A stretch of 57,903 nucleotides of DNA, from assembly GCA_964594755.1 (NCBI GenBank), contig CAZQMO010000006.1, positions 1-57,903 of the forward strand, written 5' to 3'. Positions 28,909 to 37,699 of this stretch are shown here, piece by piece. The translations under genes were made by a program, and so were the position numbers. Each line of letters starts with the position of its first letter. The stretch's first letter is position 1. A model generated the notes under the pieces. That model did no database searches and was not told where the DNA came from. It saw only the letters and a program-made list of their open reading frames with translations. This stretch comes from an uncultured Candidatus Saccharibacteria bacterium (GTDB lineage: Bacteria; Patescibacteriota; Doudnabacteria; UBA920).

Positions 28909-30508
28909 AAAAATTGTCTTAGTAGTTTTGGATGGCTTCGGTGTGGCAACTTATAGTCATGGTAACGCCATTGCCTTGGCTAATCCAGAAGCCCTTAATG
29001 ACATGATTGCTAATTACCCTTCGTTAACTCTATTGGCTTCTGGACCAGTAGTGGGTTTGCCATGGGGAGAAATGGGTAATTCTGAAGTAGGTCATTTAAA
29101 TATGGGAGCAGGTCGAATCGTTGGTCAGGATCTGCCTCGGATTAACACGGCGATTTCGAATCGTTCATTTTTTTCTAATCCAGTTTTACTACAATCGATT
29201 GAACATGTGAAAAAGAATAACTCTAAACTCCACCTAATTGGTTTAGCTAGTGAAGGCGGAGTTCATGGAAGTAGCGAGCATTTGTATGCCCTGCTTGGCC
29301 TGGCAGCTGAGCAAGGAATTCAAGATGTATTCATTCATTTGATTACTGACGGGCGGGATAGTGGTCCGAAGGTCGCTTTGGAAGGTCTCCGTAAATTGCG
29401 TGGCAAGATCGAAGAAATTGGTGTGGGTAAAATTGCTACGATTACTGGTAGATTTTACGCGATGGATCGCGGTGGACATTGGGAGCAGACTATGGCGGCG
29501 TACCGAGCCATGGTATTTGGTAGCGGTTCAGCTGCAGAAACTGCTGAAGATGCAGTACTTAATAACTACAATCAAAATGTATTTGATGAAATGATTCCGC
29601 CAACTGTCATTGTTGACCGCTCGGATAGCAGCCAAATCAAACCAACCGCAGTGGTTGGTCCTAATGATGCAGTCATTTTTTACAACTTCCGTTCTGACCG
29701 TGCCTTGCAGTTAACTGAAGCGTTTATGAAGCCTGAGCAGGTGCCGGTTGAACCGGGCCCGGCTCACCTGGATAATCTGTTCTTTGTCACGATGACCGAG
29801 TATTTTGAGGATTTACCAGTACACGTGGCATTCCCTCCTACGAATTTACAGAATAATCTTGCCGAGGTTTTGGCGGCTAATGGTTTAAAGCAATATCACA
29901 TTGCAGAAACAGAAAAATATGCCCACGTCACTTCGTTTTTTAATGGCGGTGCTAGTGAATCACTGGTGGGCGAGCAGCGCACTATTGTGCAGAGTCCTGT
30001 GAATGATAAAAATTACGTTGATCGTCCTGAAATGTCTGGTCTGGAAATCACTACGAAATTAATTGAAAAAATTACTAATGAAGACTTTTCATTTTACTTG
30101 GCTAACTTTGCCAATGCTGACATGGTCGGCCACACTGGCAGTATTGAATCAGCCACTAAAGCGATTCAATATTTGGACAGATTTTTAGAGCAGATTAGGC
30201 GGGCGACCTTAGATGCCGGGGCCTTGTTAATTATTACGGCAGATCATGGTAATGCAGAATATATGATTGAAGCCAAGACAGGTGATATTAATAAAGAGCA
30301 CACTACTAGCCCGGTGCCGTTCGTAGTAGTTGCTAAAGAGCTGGCTTTTGATAAACCAAAGCAGCGCAATTATTTATCCTTATCTGGGATGGTTCCATCA
30401 GGAGTGATTTCAGATATTGCCCCAACAGTTTTACAATTTTTTGGTATAGATAAGCCAAAAGAGATGACAGCAGTAAGCTTGGTTGATCAAATTGAGAGCC
30501 AGCTGTGA
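28892..30508 (+). CDS. gpmI: 2,3-bisphosphoglycerate-independent phosphoglycerate mutase
   Basis: LDGFG, MGNSEVGH, GRFYAMDR, NFRSDR, ETEKYAHVT, DMVGHTG, TADHGN. Confidence 0.97.
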   Translation: MAKTYKKIVLVVLDGFGVATYSHGNAIALANPEALNDMIANYPSLTLLASGPVVGLPWGEMGNSEVGHLNMGAGRIVGQDLPRINTAISNRSFFSNPVLLQSIEHVKKNNSKLHLIGLASEGGVHGSSEHLYALLGLAAEQGIQDVFIHLITDGRDSGPKVALEGLRKLRGKIEEIGVGKIATITGRFYAMDRGGHWEQTMAAYRAMVFGSGSAAETAEDAVLNNYNQNVFDEMIPPTVIVDRSDSSQIKPTAVVGPNDAVIFYNFRSDRALQLTEAFMKPEQVPVEPGPAHLDNLFFVTMTEYFEDLPVHVAFPPTNLQNNLAEVLAANGLKQYHIAETEKYAHVTSFFNGGASESLVGEQRTIVQSPVNDKNYVDRPEMSGLEITTKLIEKITNEDFSFYLANFANADMVGHTGSIESATKAIQYLDRFLEQIRRATLDAGALLIITADHGNAEYMIEAKTGDINKEHTTSPVPFVVVAKELAFDKPKQRNYLSLSGMVPSGVISDIAPTVLQFFGIDKPKEMTAVSLVDQIESQL

Positions 30509-30560
30509 GTAGTTGGCAGTAAAGATTGTTATGCTATGATGGAAAGAGTAAGATTCCATT

Positions 30561-32363
30561 ATGGCAAAACACTGGCAGCTCAAAAATCCAGTTCCTGCGC
30601 ATATTCTAGAGCAATTCCCAGAATTATCTGGTTTGCAGGTACAATTACTCTATAATTTAGGTTTGTCCGATCCTGATCGGGTGGATTGGTTTTTAAATCC
30701 GGATTACCATAATTTGTATGATCCGTTTTTATTTAGCCAAATACAGACAGCAGTCGAGCGAACTTGGCAGGCGATTTCAAAAAACGAAAAAATTCTTATT
30801 TATGGTGATTATGACGCTGATGCTGTAACAGCCAACGCTTTATTGACGCAAACTTTTCGTTACTTAGGGGTCGAAGTGGAAAGTTATATCCCAGATCGGT
30901 TTAGCGAAGGTTATGGTTTGAACCTAGATGCATTTCAAAAGATTAAAGATCAAGGTGTAAAGGTTGTGATTACTGTGGATTGTGGGACAAATTCAGTGGC
31001 CGAAGCCGAGTTTTGTAAAAACAATGGTATTGATTTAATTATCACTGATCACCACGAAATTACCGGAGACATACCAGATGCATTTGCATTAGTTAATCCA
31101 AAAAATCCTAATGAGCTTTATCCGGACAAACAAATTACTGGAGTTGGGGTTGCATATAAATTTGCCAAAGCTTTATTGAGTGATCATGATAAAGTGATTG
31201 CCCAGCGAGGCATTGAACCATCCGAGCATATTCCTGAATGGGATAAGTGGCTACTTGATTTAGTAGCGATCGGTACGGTGGCGGATTGTCACTCATTATT
31301 GGGTGAGAATCGCATCTTAGTAAAGTTTGGTTTAAAGGTTTTACAAAAAACCAAATGGTTGGGCTTACGGTTATTAATGGAAAATGCCGGGATTGATGTG
31401 AATAAAAAATCTCCCGACACAGTCACGCTCGGCTTTACCATTGCGCCGCGCATTAATGCTGCTGGTCGGTTAGAGCATGCCAATGTGGCGTTAGATTTAT
31501 TAACTACAAAAGATTATGCAGAGGCCATTGATTTAGCTAATCGGATAGAGGAAATCAATCGCCGTCGTCAGGATATCACGGCCCGAATGGTCTCCGAGGC
31601 TAAAGAAAAAGCAGAGAATATTTCGGACCGAAAAATTTTAGTCCTCTCTGACTCAGCTTGGCCAAAAGGTGTGGTTGGTATTGTTGCCGGCAAGCTGTCA
31701 GATTTTTACCAAAAACCTGTGATTGTCTTGGAACGTGGCGAAAATGAAAGTACTGGCAGCGCCAGAAGCGCCCGCGGTTTTGATATTGTGGCTGCGCTCA
31801 AAGCTGTGAGTGAGCATTTGTCCAGATACGGTGGTCACAAAGAGGCTGCCGGTCTAACTTTAGCCAATGAGAAATTCGATGATTTTTATTTAAGCTTATT
31901 GAAGTATGCCGAAACTCACTGGCCAGAGGAATTGCCCGACGCTATTTTAGAGGTCGATGCAGAATTAACTGAATCTGATCTATCTTTCGATCGCTATGCG
32001 GAGCTAGAAACATTAGAGCCTCACGGCGCTGGTAACCCCAAGCCAAAGTTTTTAATTTCCGGAGTAACCATAGGTGGTTTTCGTACCGTTGGAACAACGC
32101 AGAATCATTTGCAGATGCAGTTGTTGTGTGGAGAAAAGTTGGTGGAAACTATTGGCTTTGGTCTAGGGTTTTGGGCTGGTCAATTGGAAGTTGGTCAGAC
32201 ATTAGATTTGGTTGGTGAAATGTTGGTAGATTCCTGGAACGGAACAAAGAAATTAAAATTAAGAATTATCGATTTAAAAATCCTCCCCGCAGAAACGGTG
32301 AGTGAAGAAAGTACTATACAAGATGAGTCAGCCAAACAAGTTGAGCAAGCGTCTGTTTCTTAG
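30561..32363 (+). CDS. recJ: ssDNA exonuclease RecJ
   Basis: YGDYDADA, TVDCG, ITDHH (DHH), GTVAD, PRINAAGR, GSARS, GGHKEAAG. Confidence 0.96.
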   Translation: MAKHWQLKNPVPAHILEQFPELSGLQVQLLYNLGLSDPDRVDWFLNPDYHNLYDPFLFSQIQTAVERTWQAISKNEKILIYGDYDADAVTANALLTQTFRYLGVEVESYIPDRFSEGYGLNLDAFQKIKDQGVKVVITVDCGTNSVAEAEFCKNNGIDLIITDHHEITGDIPDAFALVNPKNPNELYPDKQITGVGVAYKFAKALLSDHDKVIAQRGIEPSEHIPEWDKWLLDLVAIGTVADCHSLLGENRILVKFGLKVLQKTKWLGLRLLMENAGIDVNKKSPDTVTLGFTIAPRINAAGRLEHANVALDLLTTKDYAEAIDLANRIEEINRRRQDITARMVSEAKEKAENISDRKILVLSDSAWPKGVVGIVAGKLSDFYQKPVIVLERGENESTGSARSARGFDIVAALKAVSEHLSRYGGHKEAAGLTLANEKFDDFYLSLLKYAETHWPEELPDAILEVDAELTESDLSFDRYAELETLEPHGAGNPKPKFLISGVTIGGFRTVGTTQNHLQMQLLCGEKLVETIGFGLGFWAGQLEVGQTLDLVGEMLVDSWNGTKKLKLRIIDLKILPAETVSEESTIQDESAKQVEQASVS

Positions 32364-32757
32364 CACTGATGGCGGTGCGCGTGGTAATCCTGGACCAGCA
32401 GCCGCTGGTTATGTGTTGTATAACCAAGCAGGGGAAATCCAATTTGCTGGAGGAAAATATTTAGGAGAGAATACCAATAACGTAGCAGAATATACAGCTT
32501 TAATTTTAGGCTTACAAAAAGCTTTGGAGTTGGGAGCCACCGAAGTAGTGGTAAAAATGGATTCTGAGTTAATAGTTAAACAGATGAGCGGTGAATATAA
32601 AATTAAACAACCTCACCTTCAGGAATTAGCTCATCAAGTTAAGGATTTACTTCAGCAATTGGATTTCTACGAAATCAAACACGTTTTGCGGCATTTAAAT
32701 AAAGCTGCTGACCAGCAGGTGAATAGGGCTATTGATGAAGCGCTGGGTTTAAAATAA
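32323..32757 (+). CDS. rnhA: Ribonuclease HI family protein
   Basis: TDGGARGNPGPA, TNNVAEY, DSELIVKQM, NKAAD; ATG 32323 preferred. Confidence 0.9.
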   Translation: MSQPNKLSKRLFLSTDGGARGNPGPAAAGYVLYNQAGEIQFAGGKYLGENTNNVAEYTALILGLQKALELGATEVVVKMDSELIVKQMSGEYKIKQPHLQELAHQVKDLLQQLDFYEIKHVLRHLNKAADQQVNRAIDEALGLK

Positions 32758-32773
32758 ATATTTTGAACTAACC

Positions 32774-32894
32774 TTGGTGGAGTTTTTTAAGCTTGTTCGC
32801 CGTGCTCTGTATCCTAGTTTTTGTTCTAGCTTAGCGTAGCCTATGACGCTTTTTAGAACGAATCTCTAAGCTGGCTTGAGCTTACAACTCCCAA
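32774..32894. ncRNA. Candidate rod-shaped structured RNA with central bubble
   Basis: Nested pairings TTGG/CCAA, GGAGTT/AACTCC, AAGCTT/GAGCTT, GCC/GGC, GTTCTA/TAGAAC, AGCGT/ACGCT between convergent genes. Confidence 0.4.
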
Positions 32895-32901
32895 CTTTGA
32901 T

Positions 32902-34197
32902 TTATCGCTGTATCAACACGGAGTAAAGATTGTTTTCTGATTTGACTATCAGAGCTTTTTGGTTTGAGGTAATGAAAAGTTGTTGGCTTGGTCCAGTATA
33001 CAGCATGTAGCGATTTTGATTTCCTCGAGAATCAATTTCGATCGCTTCAGTACCATTGGGCCCAGCAATGAACCCGTAACCAAACAAGGGAATCACATTG
33101 GCTGCCATCAGGTTTTCTGTGGTTCTAGCCAGCAGTTCGCTGCGGTTTGAGGTAAAGTTATAGAAGAAAATTTCTGTAGGGGTTACGTAGGTTAAGCGTT
33201 GGCTATTGGGGTCTAACTCAACAACTTTCACGAAACTGTTTAAGAGCTCTAGAGTCTGGTTAACTCGGTAAAAACTTTCTCCTGCTAACATAAATAACTC
33301 CTTTTGATTTGTTAAAAAGAATTTTAACTCTTGTTGTTGCGGTAAGCCCTCTGAAACAATTACCAATTGTTTAGTAATAGTTGTACCTGTCCAAAGATAA
33401 GTTGCCAGTTGATAGGTAGCTTCAGTTTCGGACGCTACATAAAAAGTTCCGTCTTTAATAGTGTAGCCCCAGACATTGCTCAGCAACGTTTGGGTTTGAT
33501 TGCTGCCAAATCGCCCAATAACCAAGTTGTTATCAATGATTCCAGTAACAGAACTGCTGTCTAGGAGTGAGATTTGAGTTGCACTATTAAACACAGTTGG
33601 CAAAGCTGTTGTTTGCCAATTACTGCTATTCATTAGATAGCGCTGATTTTGGTCAGTTGTAACAAGCCAAAGATTATTGTCTTGTGTAGCTTGGAAGTTG
33701 GTAATAACAAACGGTAAGGTGGTTTGATTAGAAATCCTTTCATTAATAACATCATATAAAATTATTTCTTGGCCTTTGCTGTACAAAATTTGGTTGTCGC
33801 GCATTGCTACGGCATTGATTGTAGTATCAATAGCAATCGGTTCGGCTTCAGGTAGAAGTCTGATGGCGTCATTAATACTGCCGGCGTAGGTTACTTCTCC
33901 TGCTTCAATAAATAATTGTTTTTGCCAAGGACGAAAACCCTCCATAGTCACTCGCACGGTTTGCCAGCCTTGCTTCACAAACCGAATAGTGGTTGGAGTA
34001 GAACCAGCTTCTTGTTCGTTTAAGAATACAGTTGCACCGTCAGGTTCAGACTGGACATCGATAATTCCGGTATTAGTTGGTGAGGGGTCAAAAAAAGGTA
34101 GAGTACGCCCAGTCACATACAGAAGGATAAGGGGAGAGAGAACTATAAAGACCACAACCAGTAAGGCAATGATGAAATAACGAGCTTTTGAATCCAC
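32902..34197 (-). CDS. PEGA-domain membrane-anchored protein
   Basis: N-terminal TM; IDVQSEPDGATVFLN...G.QTVRVTMEGFRPW (PEGA) followed by a beta-rich body. Confidence 0.8.
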   Translation of the reverse strand: MDSKARYFIIALLVVVFIVLSPLILLYVTGRTLPFFDPSPTNTGIIDVQSEPDGATVFLNEQEAGSTPTTIRFVKQGWQTVRVTMEGFRPWQKQLFIEAGEVTYAGSINDAIRLLPEAEPIAIDTTINAVAMRDNQILYSKGQEIILYDVINERISNQTTLPFVITNFQATQDNNLWLVTTDQNQRYLMNSSNWQTTALPTVFNSATQISLLDSSSVTGIIDNNLVIGRFGSNQTQTLLSNVWGYTIKDGTFYVASETEATYQLATYLWTGTTITKQLVIVSEGLPQQQELKFFLTNQKELFMLAGESFYRVNQTLELLNSFVKVVELDPNSQRLTYVTPTEIFFYNFTSNRSELLARTTENLMAANVIPLFGYGFIAGPNGTEAIEIDSRGNQNRYMLYTGPSQQLFITSNQKALIVKSENNLYSVLIQR

Positions 34198-34318
34198 AAT
34201 AAAAAATTAGTTGGTAATTATCAATTCTGCTGTACAGAAGTGTATATATTATAACAGAATTTAAGGATTGTCGAGACCTAGACCAGATCGGCTATTCTAG
34301 CTACAATTGGAAAGCTAT

Positions 34319-35596
34319 ATGACTTCCAAAGACGATAAATTTTTAATTACTGGTAACCAAATTTTAGGTGGGGAAATTTCAGTGGTGGGTGCTAAGAATG
34401 CAGCTTTAAAGGCTTTGGCTGCAAGTTTGATTATGACCGGACCAAGTACTATTAAGAATGTCCCACAGATAGAGGACATTCAACGGCTTTTAGATATCAT
34501 TGAAGATCTCGGGGTGAAATTGGAGTATGGCGATCATGAAGTCAAGATTATTGACCCAACGATAAAAAAATCTAAACTCGATCCAGATTTGCATCAGCGT
34601 ACTCGTTCATCGATTTTATTGGCAGTCCCGACTCTGCTTCAACATGGTGAGGTGGAATTTGCTTACCCTGGTGGTTGCGTAATTGGCAAACGCCCAATTG
34701 ATTTTTTCTTGAATGGCTACAGAAAGTTTGGAATTGCTATTGAAGAACGGGAAGATGGTTTTATGCTACGTGCTGGTAAGTTACAACCGGCAACAGTGGT
34801 GTTTACCCGCGTGAGTGTTACTGGGACTGAAGCTATGATGATGTTAGCTGCACGAATACCAGGGCAAAGCGTGATTGTGAATGCAGCTATGGAGCCGGAA
34901 GTTGTTGCCTTAGGTGAGTTGCTTAATAGTTGTGGGGCAAAGATTTCTGGATTAGGTACACCGCGCTTAACTATTGATGGCGTGACCGATTTAGCGGGCA
35001 GTACTTTTACAACTCCGCCAGATCGAATTGAAGCCGGAACTTTCGCAATTTTAGCGGCAGCAACCAATGCGGAACTTTTAGTACAGAATATCATTCCTGC
35101 ACACCTCGAGGTTTTTTGGCAGCTACTTTCGCAGGCTGGGGTACGGTTTGAGCTTGGGGATAATAGTGTTAAGATAAACCCATCGCGCAGTCAATTGGTA
35201 GCTATTTCGAAAGACATAATTACGCATGAATATCCGGGTTTTCCCACTGACCTCCAGGCTCCTATGGCAGTGCTGATGACTCAGGCAAAAGGTCAATCAC
35301 TCATTTTTGAAACCATCTACGAAGGCCGGCTGTTCTATGTTGATTTGCTTAATAGTATGGGCGCGAACATTTTTATGGCTGACCCTCACCGGGTAATGAT
35401 TTCTGGGCCAACCAAACTTAGCGGTGCCAAACTCACTTCACCAGATATTCGCGCTGGTATCGCCATGGTGATTGCTGGATTAATTGCTGAAGGGCAAACC
35501 GAGATTGATAATATTTACCAAATTGATCGCGGTTACGAAGATATTGAGAATCGATTAAAGGCGATTGGTGCAAAGATAGAAAGAATTACTACATAA
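34319..35596 (+). CDS. murA: UDP-N-acetylglucosamine 1-carboxyvinyltransferase
   Basis: GAKNAAL, PGGCVIGKRPID, DRIEAGT, YPGFPTDLQ, DIRAG, IDRGYE. Confidence 0.96.
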   Translation: MTSKDDKFLITGNQILGGEISVVGAKNAALKALAASLIMTGPSTIKNVPQIEDIQRLLDIIEDLGVKLEYGDHEVKIIDPTIKKSKLDPDLHQRTRSSILLAVPTLLQHGEVEFAYPGGCVIGKRPIDFFLNGYRKFGIAIEEREDGFMLRAGKLQPATVVFTRVSVTGTEAMMMLAARIPGQSVIVNAAMEPEVVALGELLNSCGAKISGLGTPRLTIDGVTDLAGSTFTTPPDRIEAGTFAILAAATNAELLVQNIIPAHLEVFWQLLSQAGVRFELGDNSVKINPSRSQLVAISKDIITHEYPGFPTDLQAPMAVLMTQAKGQSLIFETIYEGRLFYVDLLNSMGANIFMADPHRVMISGPTKLSGAKLTSPDIRAGIAMVIAGLIAEGQTEIDNIYQIDRGYEDIENRLKAIGAKIERITT

Positions 35597-35597
35597 C

Positions 35598-36605
35598 ATG
35601 CTACAGAACAAAATTGGAATTGATTTAGGGACAGCGAACGTATTAGTACACGTACCCAAACGCGGCATTATTATTAATGAGCCAACTGTAGTTGCCATCT
35701 CTGTGGATGACAACCGCGTTTTAGCAGTTGGTCAAGAAGCCAAGGAAATGTTGGGGCGCACTCCCGAAACCATCGTGGCACATCGGCCGATGAAAGATGG
35801 GGTAATTGCTGATTATCGCGTGACCGAAGCCATGATTCGCTACTTTATTAATAAAGCTTTGGGGAAGGTACGTTTCTTTCGTCCCGAAGTGATGATTAGC
35901 GTTCCTGGTGGAATTACCTCAACGGAACGTCGCGCAGTTATTGATGCCGCGCAAAGCGCTGGTGCCAAAACTGCTTTTGTAATTAAAGAAACTGTGGCTG
36001 CAGCCATCGGGGCAGGCATCCCGATTTCTTCTGCCAGTGGTAACTTGATTATTGATATGGGCGGTGGTACTACTGATGTGGCCGTATTGTCTCTTGGGGG
36101 AATCGTGAATTCAACTTCTGTGCGCGTGGCTGGTAATCGAATTGATCAAGCTATCATCGAATACGTTCGTAAAAAGCATGGCCTGGCTATTGGTGACCGT
36201 ACTGCCGAAGAAATTAAGATTTCAATTGGTAGCGCTCTGGCTTTACCAGAAGAAGAAGTCGCCGAAATTAAAGGTCGTGACAACATCACTGGCTTACCAA
36301 AAACTGTAACAATCTCCACTAATGAAGTTGTGGAAGCAATTCAAGAAGAACTTAAAGCCATTGTTCGGGCAGTAAAAACGGTTTTGCAAGAAACCCCTCC
36401 AGAACTAGCTAGTGATATTATCGATAAAGGCATGATTATGACTGGTGGCACAGCGCAACTTCGTAATTTGGATCAATACATTGCTAAAGCAATTGGTGTA
36501 CCGTGTTACGTGGCCGAAGAACCACTGTTGTGTGTTGCTAAAGGTACAGCTATTGCCTTGGATCACTTAGATAGTTACAAGAAGAGCATTCTCAGTATCA
36601 AATAG
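35598..36605 (+). CDS. mreB: Rod-shape actin homolog MreB
   Basis: GIDLGTANV, DMGGGTTD, TPPELASDI, TGGTAQL. Confidence 0.97.
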   Translation: MLQNKIGIDLGTANVLVHVPKRGIIINEPTVVAISVDDNRVLAVGQEAKEMLGRTPETIVAHRPMKDGVIADYRVTEAMIRYFINKALGKVRFFRPEVMISVPGGITSTERRAVIDAAQSAGAKTAFVIKETVAAAIGAGIPISSASGNLIIDMGGGTTDVAVLSLGGIVNSTSVRVAGNRIDQAIIEYVRKKHGLAIGDRTAEEIKISIGSALALPEEEVAEIKGRDNITGLPKTVTISTNEVVEAIQEELKAIVRAVKTVLQETPPELASDIIDKGMIMTGGTAQLRNLDQYIAKAIGVPCYVAEEPLLCVAKGTAIALDHLDSYKKSILSIK

Positions 36606-36690
36606 CACCTCCGGGTGTTATTTTATTTTTAGTACTGATTGTGTTATAATATTTTTACAAAAGTTCGTAAACGAAATAAATATCAAACCA

Positions 36691-37251
36691 ATGGAGATTA
36701 CGCGTAGAAAGGCTCTCTACTTATTTTTAAGCTCATTGCTAGGCATGATGCTGGTGTTAATGTTTCATCGCTCAGTTTTTGTTATTTACGAAATTTTGGG
36801 TGATTTTTTCCCGCGGCAGCAATGGCTAAACCTTCCGTATTATCATGTGGCGATTTCAGATTTTCTAACAATGTTATTAGCGATGTTTATTGGCGGTTGG
36901 TATGGTATTTGGCTAGGCCTGCATTGGTATAAGATTGTTTACGAAGACAGGCAGGTTCGCTCTTGGTTCCATGGTTTTGTCCCGCACGCTTGGCGGTCTC
37001 ATAAGGTTAAGGACAATCCGAGCCAGGCCGCTGCCACTGGCATGCCTCGCAAGATTGTGGCAACCTCTAACTCAGATGATGTGTTTCAAACTATGCGCAC
37101 AACAGGCATCAAGCCAGTCTGGAGTTTTGATGATTTTAAAAAAGTTGAAACCAACGAGACACCCAAAAAGCGCGTAGTTAAAAAGCGTACTGTCAAAAAG
37201 CGCGTAGTTAAAAAGACAGCTAAGAAAACTTCTGAGCCGGAAGCGGAGTAA
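36691..37251 (+). CDS. Membrane protein with Lys-rich C-terminal repeats
   Basis: Two TM segments; tail KKRVVKKRTVKKRVVKKTAKK with a 21-bp exact repeat (37165, 37195). Confidence 0.75.
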   Translation: MEITRRKALYLFLSSLLGMMLVLMFHRSVFVIYEILGDFFPRQQWLNLPYYHVAISDFLTMLLAMFIGGWYGIWLGLHWYKIVYEDRQVRSWFHGFVPHAWRSHKVKDNPSQAAATGMPRKIVATSNSDDVFQTMRTTGIKPVWSFDDFKKVETNETPKKRVVKKRTVKKRVVKKTAKKTSEPEAE

Positions 37252-37255
37252 TTCC

Positions 37256-37627
37256 ATGACACCTGGTCAACTCATTTCCAAAACAGTACTTATGCAGCTA
37301 TTTTTGGTGATCATCAAGATCATCTTTTTTGGTTTCTTAAACATTGAGTTGTTATCAATTCTTATAGTCTATTATCTGCTTTTGGCAGCTTGTGCCATCG
37401 CTTTGGTTCGTCGCTTCGGCCCGCTTAATTACTTTGAGGCATTCCTGGCCATGGGACTATGGTTAATACTCAGCCTTGTAACGGATTACTTAATTACAGC
37501 TTCCATTATCGGCAGGGAAGTGTTTAGCGATTATCATTTTTGGATTTCATACGCCGTAGTGCTCCTGGCCATGCTGATCTTTCATAAAAAACAGCATGTG
37601 GAAATGCGCAAAGCTCTAAAGAAATAA
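37256..37627 (+). CDS. Four-TM hypothetical membrane protein
   Basis: Hydrophobic ORF followed by terminator AAAACCGCT-TACTGG-AGCGGTTTT. Confidence 0.75.
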   Translation: MTPGQLISKTVLMQLFLVIIKIIFFGFLNIELLSILIVYYLLLAACAIALVRRFGPLNYFEAFLAMGLWLILSLVTDYLITASIIGREVFSDYHFWISYAVVLLAMLIFHKKQHVEMRKALKK

Positions 37628-37699
37628 TTACAGAAAACCGCTTACTGGAGCGGTTTTAAAATAGTTGAATTTAGGTGAACAATCGTATACCATAATGGT

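Noticed and set aside
28506-30508. Alternative genetic code (TGA readthrough as in Gracilibacteria/SR1)
   Set aside because: gpmI, yqgF-upstream htrA context and other conserved genes translate full length in code 11, and gpmI ends at TGA at the expected length.
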